This document shows positions 18,834 through 28,404 of a stretch of DNA of 63,302 bases, one piece after another. The stretch comes from an uncultured Bacilli bacterium (GTDB taxonomy: Bacteria; Bacillota_I; Bacilli_A; RF39; UBA660): assembly GCA_947629255.1 (NCBI GenBank), contig CANRDF010000004.1, positions 1 through 63,302 of the forward strand, read 5' to 3'. Made by a program: the position numbers and the translations under genes. The notes below the pieces were generated by a model. That model was not told the DNA's origin. It saw nothing but the letters and a program-made list of their open reading frames with translations, and made no database searches. Positions within the stretch are counted from its first letter, which is position 1. Each line of letters opens with the position of its first letter.

Positions 18834-19592
18834 ATGAACAGTTTATTTACGAAAATTAAAAGATTTATTGGGAATAAAAACACTGTTACTATTCTTTGTG
18901 TAGTTGCAGGTCTAGTTATTCTTTATGTTGGATATAATTGGAGAGTGAAAGAAGCTATTAATCCTACTTTGGTTCCTTATGCTAAAGTAAATTTGGAAGC
19001 ACGGCATGTTATTACTACGGATGATATTGGATATATGAATGTTAATAGTGATGTTATGAGAAAAGCTTCTAATATTATTACAAATGCAAATGATTTAATT
19101 GGTAAAGAAGTTACTTATGGAAATAGTATTCCTGCAGGGAGTTTATTTTATACAGAAGATATTACAAAACCTGAATTATCTCCAGACTATGTTCTTAGTG
19201 ATATTCCTGATGGATATACTGCATTTTCTTTATCTGTAGATGAAACAACGACTTATGGAAATTATATTGAAATAGGAAGTTATATTGACCTTTGGTTTGA
19301 AGGTGAAGATGATTATGATCGAATTATTTATAGTAGATTTGTAAGTAGTATTCGGGTTTTAGATGTAAGAGATTCTAAAGGTGTATCCCTTGCTAATACC
19401 AAAAGTGAAAATCCAGCAGAACTTTTATTTGCTGTAAAAGATGATGATTATTCTTTGTTAGTTAAGGCAACTGCAGTGGGAGATTTGGTTCCAATTCCAC
19501 GTAATAAAAATTATACAGCGCATCCTGGTGAAATGGAAATGAGTAATGAAACGATTAAAGCTCTTATTTTGAGCAGAACTGGAACGATTTAA
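18834..19592 (+). CDS. CpaB/RcpC-like SAF-domain pilus assembly protein, copy 2
   Basis: Paralog of the upstream gene (NKNTVTILC..GYNWRV..PYAK..GKEVTYGN..IDLWF..PRNK); GGAGG RBS before ATG 18834. Confidence 0.8.
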   Translation: MNSLFTKIKRFIGNKNTVTILCVVAGLVILYVGYNWRVKEAINPTLVPYAKVNLEARHVITTDDIGYMNVNSDVMRKASNIITNANDLIGKEVTYGNSIPAGSLFYTEDITKPELSPDYVLSDIPDGYTAFSLSVDETTTYGNYIEIGSYIDLWFEGEDDYDRIIYSRFVSSIRVLDVRDSKGVSLANTKSENPAELLFAVKDDDYSLLVKATAVGDLVPIPRNKNYTAHPGEMEMSNETIKALILSRTGTI

Positions 19593-19613
19593 TCAATAAG
19601 AAGGGGCGATTCT

Positions 19614-20984
19614 ATGAATGATGCAGTTTTTTCTCAATTAGATTTTGGACCGCTAAGTGAGTTTTTAAATAATGATGATGTAACTGATATTTCGTATACA
19701 AATGGTGGTCAAGTTTGGTTAAAAACTTTATCAAAAGGAGTTTATCAGGTGGAAAGGCCTGAAATTAATAATCAATTAATGGAGAAGTTAGCATTTCAGT
19801 GTGCAAATGTTATGGGAAAAACTTTTAATATGGCTCATCCAATGCTTGATGCTGAAAGTGCTGAATTACGTATGAATTTTATACATGAATCTATAGCAAC
19901 TAATGGAATTGCATGTGTTATTCGTAAAACTCCAGCAAAAATTAGATTAAATAAAGAAAAATTATTGGATGAAAAATATGTATCTGAAGCTGTTCATGAT
20001 TTTTTAATTAAGTGTGTAGAAGGACATGCTAATATTATAGTCAGTGGAGAAACTGGTTCAGGTAAAACAGAACTTGTTAAATATTTGGCAAGTCATATCA
20101 AAGAGAATGAAAAAATTATTACGATTGAAGATACTTTAGAGCTTCACTTAGATCGAATTTTTCCACATCGTGATATCGTAGCATTGAAAACGAATAATAT
20201 TGCTAGTTATTCTGATGTCCTTGTTGCTTGTATGAGACAGAACCCTGTTTGGATATTACTTTCCGAAGTTCGTTCTGCTGAAGCAGTTATGGCTGTTCGT
20301 AACTCTATTTCATCGGGACACCATATTTTATCAACAATTCACTCTGATAAAGCAAGTTTGATTCCTATGCGTATGTTTGCACTTATTGAAAGTAATGTTG
20401 ATGTGGAACAATTTGTCACAACGATTCACCGTTATGTTCAAATTGGTATTTATGTAAAAGGTTATATGAGTAAAGAACTTGGAAGATTCCAACGTGAAAT
20501 TTTGGAAGTTTGTGAATTCTATGTAGATGATGACAACAAGCCTCAAGTAAATCTTATTTTTAAGAAAACTTTAACAGGTGAAATTACAATGAATAATCCT
20601 ACGAAATATTTAAGAGATTATTTAGGAATTAGTGGAGTAGTATTACCTGAAGATATTTTTGCAGAAGGGAACAAGACGTCTGGAACAACTGCAACACAGA
20701 TATTAAATAGTGAAAATAATACGGTTTCAAATCAAGCACCTGTAAATAAACCAGCGCAGGCTCCTGTGACTCCAGTAGTTTCTGAAAGTCAAATAAATAA
20801 GTCACCTGTAACATCACAAACTACTATGAATCAAGGTGCATCACCAGTAAGTCAAACAACTTCTGGAATGCAAGGACCTGTGGGAACACCACAAGTACAA
20901 GCTAAAAATTCTATACCAGTACAGCCAAGACCTGTTGTAATGCCATCAAGTCCTGTAACACCAGCAAATCCTAATGTAGGATAA
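19614..20984 (+). CDS. cpaF: CpaF/TadA (VirB11-like) pilus assembly ATPase
   Basis: FGPLSEFL..VTDI, Walker A GETGSGKT, ITIEDTLEL Asp box, SEVR Walker B, GHHILSTIH His box; Pro/Gln-rich tail. Confidence 0.9.
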   Translation: MNDAVFSQLDFGPLSEFLNNDDVTDISYTNGGQVWLKTLSKGVYQVERPEINNQLMEKLAFQCANVMGKTFNMAHPMLDAESAELRMNFIHESIATNGIACVIRKTPAKIRLNKEKLLDEKYVSEAVHDFLIKCVEGHANIIVSGETGSGKTELVKYLASHIKENEKIITIEDTLELHLDRIFPHRDIVALKTNNIASYSDVLVACMRQNPVWILLSEVRSAEAVMAVRNSISSGHHILSTIHSDKASLIPMRMFALIESNVDVEQFVTTIHRYVQIGIYVKGYMSKELGRFQREILEVCEFYVDDDNKPQVNLIFKKTLTGEITMNNPTKYLRDYLGISGVVLPEDIFAEGNKTSGTTATQILNSENNTVSNQAPVNKPAQAPVTPVVSESQINKSPVTSQTTMNQGASPVSQTTSGMQGPVGTPQVQAKNSIPVQPRPVVMPSSPVTPANPNVG

Positions 20985-21006
20985 AAAGAAGAAAAGAGGG
21001 AGTCAT

Positions 21007-21903
21007 ATGATTGAGTTAGTCTTATTAATCGGTTTAGCAGTATTTGCTTTAACATATCGTTTTAATAATGGTGAAAATATTTATAAATTTTTTGTGAATT
21101 CAGTAGGTACAGTATATGATAAGTATGCTCCTTATAGTTTTAAAGAGGTACGTGCAAAAACGAAAGAGTTAGGACAAGAATATACACCTAGACAATATTT
21201 AACACAAGTTATTATTTTTGCAGGAGTTGCAGGTGGTATTTCTTATTTATATTTTTATAATATTATAATTGCGGTAATATATGCTGCAATAGCTGTTGCT
21301 TTTATTCCATATTTAGCATATTTAAGATGTCAAAAAGTTTATAGTGAATTTATTTTTGAACAAATTCAAATTTATACAACAAATGTTATTATGGAATTTA
21401 ATACCACTCAAAGTTTTGTTAAATCACTAGAAGGTGTAAGAGATTCAGGAATTTTAGAAGATCCAGTTTTGGCGGATGTAAAAACAATGATTGATATGTC
21501 TTATCAAAATGGTACGATTGATGAATCTATTGTATTCTTTAATAATAAGTATCCGTATTATATGGTAAAAAATATGAATCAATTGTTTTTACAAATTACT
21601 AAAGAAGGTGCAAAAGATTCAGGACAAGCTCTTGAAAATATGTCAATGGATATTGATGCTTTAGTAGAAGGAGTTTATAGAGATCAAATTGATAGAAAAG
21701 AATTTCATAAAAGATTTATTACTTTTGGTTTAGCGTTGTTCTTACTTGTTATGGCTATGCAATTCTTACTTGGAACAGATTCTTACCTGGAACTTTTAGA
21801 TATGTGGTATGTTCAGTTAATCTTACATGCTATTATTATTATCAATTGTTTCTTCTTAATTAGTGGAGAAAAATTCTATTATGAAGATGTGGGGGTGGAA
21901 TAA
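21007..21903 (+). CDS. TadB-like platform protein
   Basis: TM pair, helical cytoplasmic domain, TM pair; directly after cpaF. Confidence 0.7.
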   Translation: MIELVLLIGLAVFALTYRFNNGENIYKFFVNSVGTVYDKYAPYSFKEVRAKTKELGQEYTPRQYLTQVIIFAGVAGGISYLYFYNIIIAVIYAAIAVAFIPYLAYLRCQKVYSEFIFEQIQIYTTNVIMEFNTTQSFVKSLEGVRDSGILEDPVLADVKTMIDMSYQNGTIDESIVFFNNKYPYYMVKNMNQLFLQITKEGAKDSGQALENMSMDIDALVEGVYRDQIDRKEFHKRFITFGLALFLLVMAMQFLLGTDSYLELLDMWYVQLILHAIIIINCFFLISGEKFYYEDVGVE

Positions 21904-22691
21904 TGTATTGGGAAGTTATTGCGTTAGCACTTATTTTGTTATTTTGTTTAAATTATACAGGACGTATTAGTGCAAATCGTTTTGTTGCAGATAATGAAGT
22001 TTACTTTCGAAAACTAAAAGAAAGTGATTGGGACTTTTATGTTAAAGCAAAATATGGAGATACAGTGAATCCGGATTTTCTATTTAATAAACGAATTCAA
22101 AAAGGTTTGATAGCTATTGTTGTCATTTTGTGTTTCTTTATTTCAAATTTAACCTATATCACAGTATTATTTTCTGTATTAGGTGGTTATTTAATTTTCA
22201 GAATGGATTATTCTGATTTAAAGAAATATTATAAACGGCATTTAAATGAAATTGATGCGATGTTACCACATTATTTAAAAGGCTTAGAGATTTTGATTCA
22301 ACACTATACTGTTCCGGTAGCGCTTGGAAAAAGTATTGAAGATGCCCCTGCAATCTTCCGTGAAGGATTACAAGAAATGGTCAATCAAATCAATGAAGGG
22401 GATGATACGATCAATCCTTATATGAATTTTGCGAAGACATATCCGGTAAGAGATTCCATGCGTATGATGCGGTTACTTTATCGTTTAAGTTTAGGTAGAC
22501 AAGAGCATAAGCAAGAACAACTTTTGACTTTCTCTAGAACTATTTCAAATTTACAACAGAAAGCAAGAGAAATTAAATATAAAAATCGTCTAGATAAAAT
22601 GGAAAGTAAGACAATGCAAATGTTAATTGCAACAGGGTTAGGGGTTATGATTCTTTTAGTATTTGCAGTGTTACAAATGATGAATTTGTAA
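21903..22691 (+). CDS. TadC-like platform protein
   Basis: IDAMLPHYLKGLEILI..TVPVAL T2SSF-like segment; C-terminal TM; follows tadB. Confidence 0.72.
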   Translation: MYWEVIALALILLFCLNYTGRISANRFVADNEVYFRKLKESDWDFYVKAKYGDTVNPDFLFNKRIQKGLIAIVVILCFFISNLTYITVLFSVLGGYLIFRMDYSDLKKYYKRHLNEIDAMLPHYLKGLEILIQHYTVPVALGKSIEDAPAIFREGLQEMVNQINEGDDTINPYMNFAKTYPVRDSMRMMRLLYRLSLGRQEHKQEQLLTFSRTISNLQQKAREIKYKNRLDKMESKTMQMLIATGLGVMILLVFAVLQMMNL

Positions 22692-22727
22692 ATTTACATA
22701 AAAAAGTAAAGGAAGACTATTAATTTA

Positions 22728-22756
22728 TTGATATTTTAAAGAAAAGAAGTTATAAT
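22728..22756 (+). promoter_or_regulatory. sigmaA promoter upstream of the pilin genes
   Basis: TTGATA-N17-TATAAT, then AGGAGG RBS. Confidence 0.72.
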
Positions 22757-22786
22757 AATGTTTAGAGTAGGAGGTTATTAAAATAT

Positions 22787-23035
22787 ATGAAAGAAGCGAC
22801 AGGTGAATTAAATATGACAGTTGTTACAGTGGTAGCAATTGCTGCCGTTGCAGCATTCTTCTATGCATTTATTTGGCCAGGTATTCAATCAAATATAAAA
22901 GCATCAACATATTGTTCTAATGCTAACTGTCCAAATTCTGGTTCAGGAGATTTTACAAATTGTTCATATTTAGATGAAAATAATGAAACTCAAACTGGTT
23001 TAAACTGTACAAATTATTTTAGAAATAATCAATAA
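22787..23035 (+). CDS. Putative major pilin (Flp-like position), 82 aa
   Basis: MKEATGELN, hydrophobic helix, 4-Cys C-terminus; dedicated promoter and strong RBS. Confidence 0.65.
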   Translation: MKEATGELNMTVVTVVAIAAVAAFFYAFIWPGIQSNIKASTYCSNANCPNSGSGDFTNCSYLDENNETQTGLNCTNYFRNNQ

Positions 23036-23051
23036 TAGGAGGTAAAAGTTT

Positions 23052-23291
23052 ATGAAAGAAGCTACGGGAGAGCTTAATACAACAGTAATTACTGTGATAC
23101 TTGTGGCTTCCTTGGCTTCTTTTTTCTATTTTACAATATGGCCAACGTTACAAAGTAATTTAAATCAAAGTACGGGCTGTAGTAAGGCAATTTGTTTAGA
23201 AGAAAATAAACATGAAGATGGGACCGTTGATTGTGAAATTTGGGAAAATGGTGTAAAAAAAGATGACATCAAATGTGTTTGGAAGGGGTAA
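23052..23291 (+). CDS. Putative pilin paralog, 79 aa
   Basis: MKEATGELN, hydrophobic helix, FY..IWP, same 4-Cys pattern. Confidence 0.65.
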   Translation: MKEATGELNTTVITVILVASLASFFYFTIWPTLQSNLNQSTGCSKAICLEENKHEDGTVDCEIWENGVKKDDIKCVWKG

Positions 23292-23297
23292 CATAGA

Positions 23298-23819
23298 ATG
23301 AGAGAAGCAATTGGAGGAACTTGGATATTTCAAATTGTGATAGGTTTTATTTTACTTTTCACAGCTTTTATATGTCTTGCAGTGAATCGAAGTAAGGCTT
23401 TTGCAGTAAAAGATCAAATTATTCAGGTGATTCAATCTTACAATGGAATTAATGTAAATGAATCTTATGATGAATCTAAAATAGATGCTTTTTATGATAT
23501 TGTAGATTATATTAAATCTACTGCGTATCGTAATACGGGAGTAAAACCTGCTGATGAAAAAGTAGGGGATGAAACGGCTCCTTATTATTGCTTTAATCGA
23601 AATGGAAAACCTGATGATAATCATGCTACTTTTTGTATCGCACCTATTTCTGTAAGAGATGATGGATGTAATGTTAGCATGGATTGTAGTGAACTTCCAT
23701 CCATGTATTACTATAAAGTAGTAGTCTTTTATCAATTAGATATTCCTGTTTTTCATGATTTGTTTAATTTTAAAATTACAGGTGATACAAAAACAATGTA
23801 TGGGGAGGTTAGATCATGA
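23298..23819 (+). CDS. TadE-like minor pilin
   Basis: MREAIGGTW, TM, KAFAVK; C-terminal YYKVVVFYQLDIPV..F.F.ITGDT. Confidence 0.6.
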   Translation: MREAIGGTWIFQIVIGFILLFTAFICLAVNRSKAFAVKDQIIQVIQSYNGINVNESYDESKIDAFYDIVDYIKSTAYRNTGVKPADEKVGDETAPYYCFNRNGKPDDNHATFCIAPISVRDDGCNVSMDCSELPSMYYYKVVVFYQLDIPVFHDLFNFKITGDTKTMYGEVRS

Positions 23820-24298
23820 GACAAGCAATAGGGACAACTTGGCTTATGCAACTTGTGATTATTTTTATGCTTATATTTGTAGCCTTTCTAGCATTAACCA
23901 TTAATTTTACAAAAGCTTTTAAAATAAAAAATGAACTTATTACTATGATTGAAAAAAATGAAGGATTAAGTTCTGGAGAAGATGGAACAATTTCATTAAT
24001 CAATAATTATTTATCTCATAATGGGTATATGGTAAAAGGAAAATGTGATAATTCGGAATATGGGGTTTCTAGTTTAAATTCTGATTCTATTGAAGTTGCA
24101 AATTCTAATGAAACTTATTTTTATTGTATTAAGAAAACAAGTTTTGGAACTCCTGCTTATCCTGAGCGTGCAAAATATACGGTAAGAATTTTTTTTCATT
24201 TTAGTTTACCTATAATTGGAGATTTATTTACGTTTACATCTGAAGGGATGACTGTGGACATTAATTATGCTTTAAATGATATTGAAGCTACAGGTTAA
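23816..24298 (+). CDS. TadE-like minor pilin paralog
   Basis: MRQAIGTTW, TM, KAFKIK; C-terminal YTVRIFFHFSLPI..F.F.SEGMT. Confidence 0.6.
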   Translation: MRQAIGTTWLMQLVIIFMLIFVAFLALTINFTKAFKIKNELITMIEKNEGLSSGEDGTISLINNYLSHNGYMVKGKCDNSEYGVSSLNSDSIEVANSNETYFYCIKKTSFGTPAYPERAKYTVRIFFHFSLPIIGDLFTFTSEGMTVDINYALNDIEATG

Positions 24299-24312
24299 AG
24301 GAGGAAAAACTT

Positions 24313-25338
24313 ATGAATGTTAAAATAGCTAATAAATATGCAAGCTTGCTTGCCAATGTAGACATTGATTTTATTAAAAGTATTGAAGGTGAGTTTACAC
24401 CAGAAGAAATTATTATGCAGTTTGGGAATTTCTTTTACAATAAAATGATTTTGGATATCACGGCTATTAAAGGATATCAAGATATTACTAAAATTCAGGA
24501 ATTATCTGTAAATATGGATATGAGTAAAGTGATTCTTTTATTAGATGATTCTGAAGTTGTCAATAGTCCTAGATATTTATCTCAACTTGTTTCTATGGGA
24601 ATTTATAATTTTACACGAAATATTGATGCTATTAAATTTTTAATAGATAATCCAAATTCCTATAAAGATGTGGCTCAGTACCATCAGCTTAATAACGTTA
24701 TGACAGCTCCTGAAGAACCTCATATTACTGAGAGTAAAGATTCTGGAAAAGTTTCAGAGATGGATAATAGTCATGAACTTCGAATTATAGGAATTAAGAA
24801 TGTAACAGAACATGCTGGAAGTACAACCCTTACGTATTTGTTAAAAAAACAATTAGAGAAAAAATATAAAGTATGTGCAGTTGAGGTTGATGATAATGAT
24901 TTTGTCTATTTAAATGATAAAACGTTGAAGCATACTTCTAATACAGATTTACAAAGTTTTATAACTTTACATTATAATGAATATGATGTAATATTAGTAG
25001 ATCTAAATGATCAAGGAGCTATTAGTTTATGCACTGAGGTTCTTTATTTGATTGAACCTGGTTTAATTAAGTTAAATAAATTAATTCGAAAAGATCGACA
25101 GGCTTTTGAAAAATTAAAAGGTAAAAAGATTATTTTAAATCGAAGTGTATTAAATTCAAGTGATGTTGCAGATTTTGAATATGAGTCACGAAGTAAAGTA
25201 TATTTTAATATTCCTTATTTGGATGATAAATTAGATAAACATCATGTTTTAGATGAATTATTGATGAAGCTTGGTTTTTCAAGACTAGATACGGAAAACA
25301 GTGAAAAGGGTGGAAAGCTATTTAGCATTTTTAAATAG
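24313..25338 (+). CDS. CpaE/TadZ-like protein (receiver-like plus degenerate MinD/ParA domain)
   Basis: IIGIKNVTEHAGSTT deviant Walker A, VCAVEVD, YDVILVD, KIILNR. Confidence 0.65.
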   Translation: MNVKIANKYASLLANVDIDFIKSIEGEFTPEEIIMQFGNFFYNKMILDITAIKGYQDITKIQELSVNMDMSKVILLLDDSEVVNSPRYLSQLVSMGIYNFTRNIDAIKFLIDNPNSYKDVAQYHQLNNVMTAPEEPHITESKDSGKVSEMDNSHELRIIGIKNVTEHAGSTTLTYLLKKQLEKKYKVCAVEVDDNDFVYLNDKTLKHTSNTDLQSFITLHYNEYDVILVDLNDQGAISLCTEVLYLIEPGLIKLNKLIRKDRQAFEKLKGKKIILNRSVLNSSDVADFEYESRSKVYFNIPYLDDKLDKHHVLDELLMKLGFSRLDTENSEKGGKLFSIFK

Positions 25339-25355
25339 CTTTTTTAAATGTGCTC

Positions 25356-25384
25356 TTGTATTTTAAAGTAATATTTGATACAAT
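25356..25384 (+). promoter_or_regulatory. sigmaA promoter upstream of the hydrolase-lipoprotein pair
   Basis: TTGTAT-N17-TACAAT with extended TG. Confidence 0.6.
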
Positions 25385-25410
25385 ACTTAAGAGATTAGGT
25401 GGTGGTTTTA

Positions 25411-27576
25411 ATGAATGAAGATCAAGAGTTCGAAAATCAAGAACAACAAATAGAGGATCATTCTATAGATCAGGGTGAGAATACTACCATGGATATAGAA
25501 CCACCGAAAGAACCGTTGTTAGCATTTGGTTCTAAAAAATTAATTGGGTTATTGTTAAAGAAAAAAGTTTTTTTTCTTGGAATTGCGGCAGTTATTGTTT
25601 TTGGAATTTTAATTATTGCTTTTGCTATATTTTCGGAAGAAACTGATCTAATTAGCTATCGTTATAAAGAGAATACAACATGTGACAATGTGACCATAAC
25701 TTATGCTCCTTATGGAAGTGATGATACTTCTAGTTCTAGTATGTCTTTGGAACAGTATGTAGAAAGTGCGATAGAAGCTTATACTACAGATTTAAAAAAT
25801 ATACCTGATGATTTATTTAATTATTATTTTGCATTAGCTGTTGCTATTAGAACTGAAGCAATTTCTAATAATTGTAAAGTTACGACTCATGATAAAACTC
25901 TTTCTAAAACGAGTACAAATAATAATTCTTTAAAAAGAGCGATGAACTTATCAAAGGGAGTTGTTTTAACTGATAAAGAAGATAACTTAATCAATGTAAA
26001 GGTTTCGGATTTTTGTTGGAAAGAAAAAAATGATGACTTGGACTATTTTTTGTATCAAGGACCAAATTTAAGTGTGCCTTATTCTTCCGTAAATACTTAT
26101 TTAAATAACGAGGTGTATGAAACTTGCTCTTGTAATAATTTTGAAAATGCTAGTAATCCTTTTGATTATGATTATAATCAAGAATATGATATTTGTTGGG
26201 AGCCTATTTATGAAGAAGAAGATTTAGATAATAATGGTTTAGACATTATTGACTATGAATGGAAACATCAAGATGAAGAAGAAAGTTATAGTGTGTTAGG
26301 GTCTCTTTACCTTTATTTAGAAACAGGAAGGGATTATTTAAATTTATTAAAATATTTTTTTGGGGACGTTACACTTATGACGACGGTGAAACCAGAATTA
26401 CCGGATAATACGTTAGCTTTTCAAAATGGAAATTTAAGTTCTGCTTGTAATACTTCTAGTGCGGGTGCTAATCTTGTAACCTTTTTAGAGGGTTGGGAAG
26501 GAAACGAAGGATTTTGTGATAATGGAAATGGCTATCTTGCTGCAAATATTGGTGATGGAACAGTAACGGTCGGTATGGGAGTTACCAATTATGATTTGAG
26601 TTCTAGTACTACCAAATCATTTATAGATCAAAATAACTGGGGACAATATTTTCATATAAAAGATGGAAATTATCGTGTAGAAGTTGGAGATTGTGTACCA
26701 GTTTCAGTCATTGACCAGATTGAAATTCATTCTTTGGATGCAAATTATGCTTATTCTATTGATGGACTTGCTCAAAAATATAATGTGACTTTAACACAAT
26801 ATCAAAAAGATGCAATTACTTCTTTTAATTATAATTTGGGACCAGAGCATACTGAACAACTTATTTCCGCTTATGCAAGTGGGGGATATGAAGGACTTTG
26901 GAATGTGATGAAATTGTATATGAATGCCACCATTAATGGAGTGTCTGGACCAAAAGATGGATTAAAAAAGAGACGAAAGGGAGAATTTGCTTTATTTGTC
27001 ACCGGAGATTATACAGATATGGGGCTCTTTTATGGAAGAGACATTAATCATTATGATGAATACAATTCAGAAGGGGTTCTAGAAAGAGCGGCCAAATGTA
27101 GTATGTCTTCTAATAGTGAGTTTTTGGTTCCATTACCTTTAAATTCAAATTTTGCATGTACTTCTCCATTTGGATATCGAGAACCACCAACTTCGACTGC
27201 AAGTTCATTCCATCAAGCACTTGATCTTGGGGTAGCTGGTGGAACAGAGATTTATGCAACAAAATCAGGTACAGTAGTTGAAGCTCTTAATACTGTTATT
27301 GGGAGAGAAAGACTTACTGGAAATTATGTGAAAATTCAACATGATGATGGAACAGGAAGTGCTTATTATCATATGAAAACTGGATCTGTTACTGTTAATG
27401 TTGGGGATAGAGTGACTCAAGGTCAAAAAATTGGGGAAGTTGGAACAACTGGAGATTCAACTGGAAACCATTTACACTTTATTGTTTATGATGTGTCAGG
27501 GACGCCTGTAGACCCTTATGATTATCTTGACTTGTCTTTTATGCAGGATACTTCAGACTGTAAATCTATTTATTAG
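25411..27576 (+). CDS. Membrane-anchored multi-domain peptidoglycan hydrolase (SpoIID-like + phage-lysozyme GH24-like + M23 peptidase)
   Basis: MSLEQYV...ALAVAIRT; FLEGWEG..TVGMG..LTQYQKDAITSFNYNLG..GLKKRRKGEFALF; HQALD..YYHM..STGNHLHF. Confidence 0.85.
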   Translation: MNEDQEFENQEQQIEDHSIDQGENTTMDIEPPKEPLLAFGSKKLIGLLLKKKVFFLGIAAVIVFGILIIAFAIFSEETDLISYRYKENTTCDNVTITYAPYGSDDTSSSSMSLEQYVESAIEAYTTDLKNIPDDLFNYYFALAVAIRTEAISNNCKVTTHDKTLSKTSTNNNSLKRAMNLSKGVVLTDKEDNLINVKVSDFCWKEKNDDLDYFLYQGPNLSVPYSSVNTYLNNEVYETCSCNNFENASNPFDYDYNQEYDICWEPIYEEEDLDNNGLDIIDYEWKHQDEEESYSVLGSLYLYLETGRDYLNLLKYFFGDVTLMTTVKPELPDNTLAFQNGNLSSACNTSSAGANLVTFLEGWEGNEGFCDNGNGYLAANIGDGTVTVGMGVTNYDLSSSTTKSFIDQNNWGQYFHIKDGNYRVEVGDCVPVSVIDQIEIHSLDANYAYSIDGLAQKYNVTLTQYQKDAITSFNYNLGPEHTEQLISAYASGGYEGLWNVMKLYMNATINGVSGPKDGLKKRRKGEFALFVTGDYTDMGLFYGRDINHYDEYNSEGVLERAAKCSMSSNSEFLVPLPLNSNFACTSPFGYREPPTSTASSFHQALDLGVAGGTEIYATKSGTVVEALNTVIGRERLTGNYVKIQHDDGTGSAYYHMKTGSVTVNVGDRVTQGQKIGEVGTTGDSTGNHLHFIVYDVSGTPVDPYDYLDLSFMQDTSDCKSIY

Positions 27577-27585
27577 GAGGTCATT

Positions 27586-28332
27586 ATGAAAATAAAAATA
27601 TTAGGGATCTTGGTTATAATCTTGTTACTTACTGGTTGTGATGCTAATTACTCTGCAGAGATTAAAGAAAATACTTTTAAAGAAGAAACGACAATTATAC
27701 CAAATTCTTCAAAAACTGAAAAAATTCAAAATAAACCTTTAGAAAATTATTTACAGAGTTTTGTTGGAACAAAAATTCCTAGTTTCTATAATGCTGATAG
27801 TTATAATGGAGAAAATGAAGGAGAAAAAGAGGGAATCGAATATTATGATATTACTTCTTATCAAAATGGAATTCAATCTTCTTATTCTTTTAATTTCTAT
27901 AATTTACATCGTTCTTTAGTCATAAAAGAATGTTTTGATGAAATTAATGTTCAAAAGAATGAAAATATTTATCGAATTAATACTAATAATTATTGTAAAG
28001 CTTTTGATAAATATAGTTTGTTAGATCATTTAACCATTGAATTGGTGGTTGATTACAATGTGATTTATGCAAATGCTGATCAAGTAGAAGGAAATCATTA
28101 TTTTTGGTACCTTGATACAGAAAATTATGATCATAAAAATATTTCTCTTTCTTTTAATATAGCTCAAGAGGATTTAAGTGATTTTGACCCTACTAATAAA
28201 GAACAAAATACGGAATTAAAGAAATGGTTGAATGAACATTCAGGAATTGTTATTCTTATAAGCTTTCTTATCTTTGGGGCTATGATTTCTCTTTTCCTTT
28301 TTATAAAAGTTAAAGTTTCTAAAAAGAAATAA
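27586..28332 (+). CDS. Lipoprotein with additional C-terminal TM anchor
   Basis: Lipobox LLTGC; C-terminal hydrophobic helix plus KKK; AGGAGG RBS 9 nt after the hydrolase stop. Confidence 0.8.
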   Translation: MKIKILGILVIILLLTGCDANYSAEIKENTFKEETTIIPNSSKTEKIQNKPLENYLQSFVGTKIPSFYNADSYNGENEGEKEGIEYYDITSYQNGIQSSYSFNFYNLHRSLVIKECFDEINVQKNENIYRINTNNYCKAFDKYSLLDHLTIELVVDYNVIYANADQVEGNHYFWYLDTENYDHKNISLSFNIAQEDLSDFDPTNKEQNTELKKWLNEHSGIVILISFLIFGAMISLFLFIKVKVSKKK

Positions 28333-28404
28333 ATGGAAAAGTGAAAAATAGTTTTTCTTTTTCTAAATTTAATGTATAATAGAATAGAAGAAAAGAGGTT
28401 CTAT

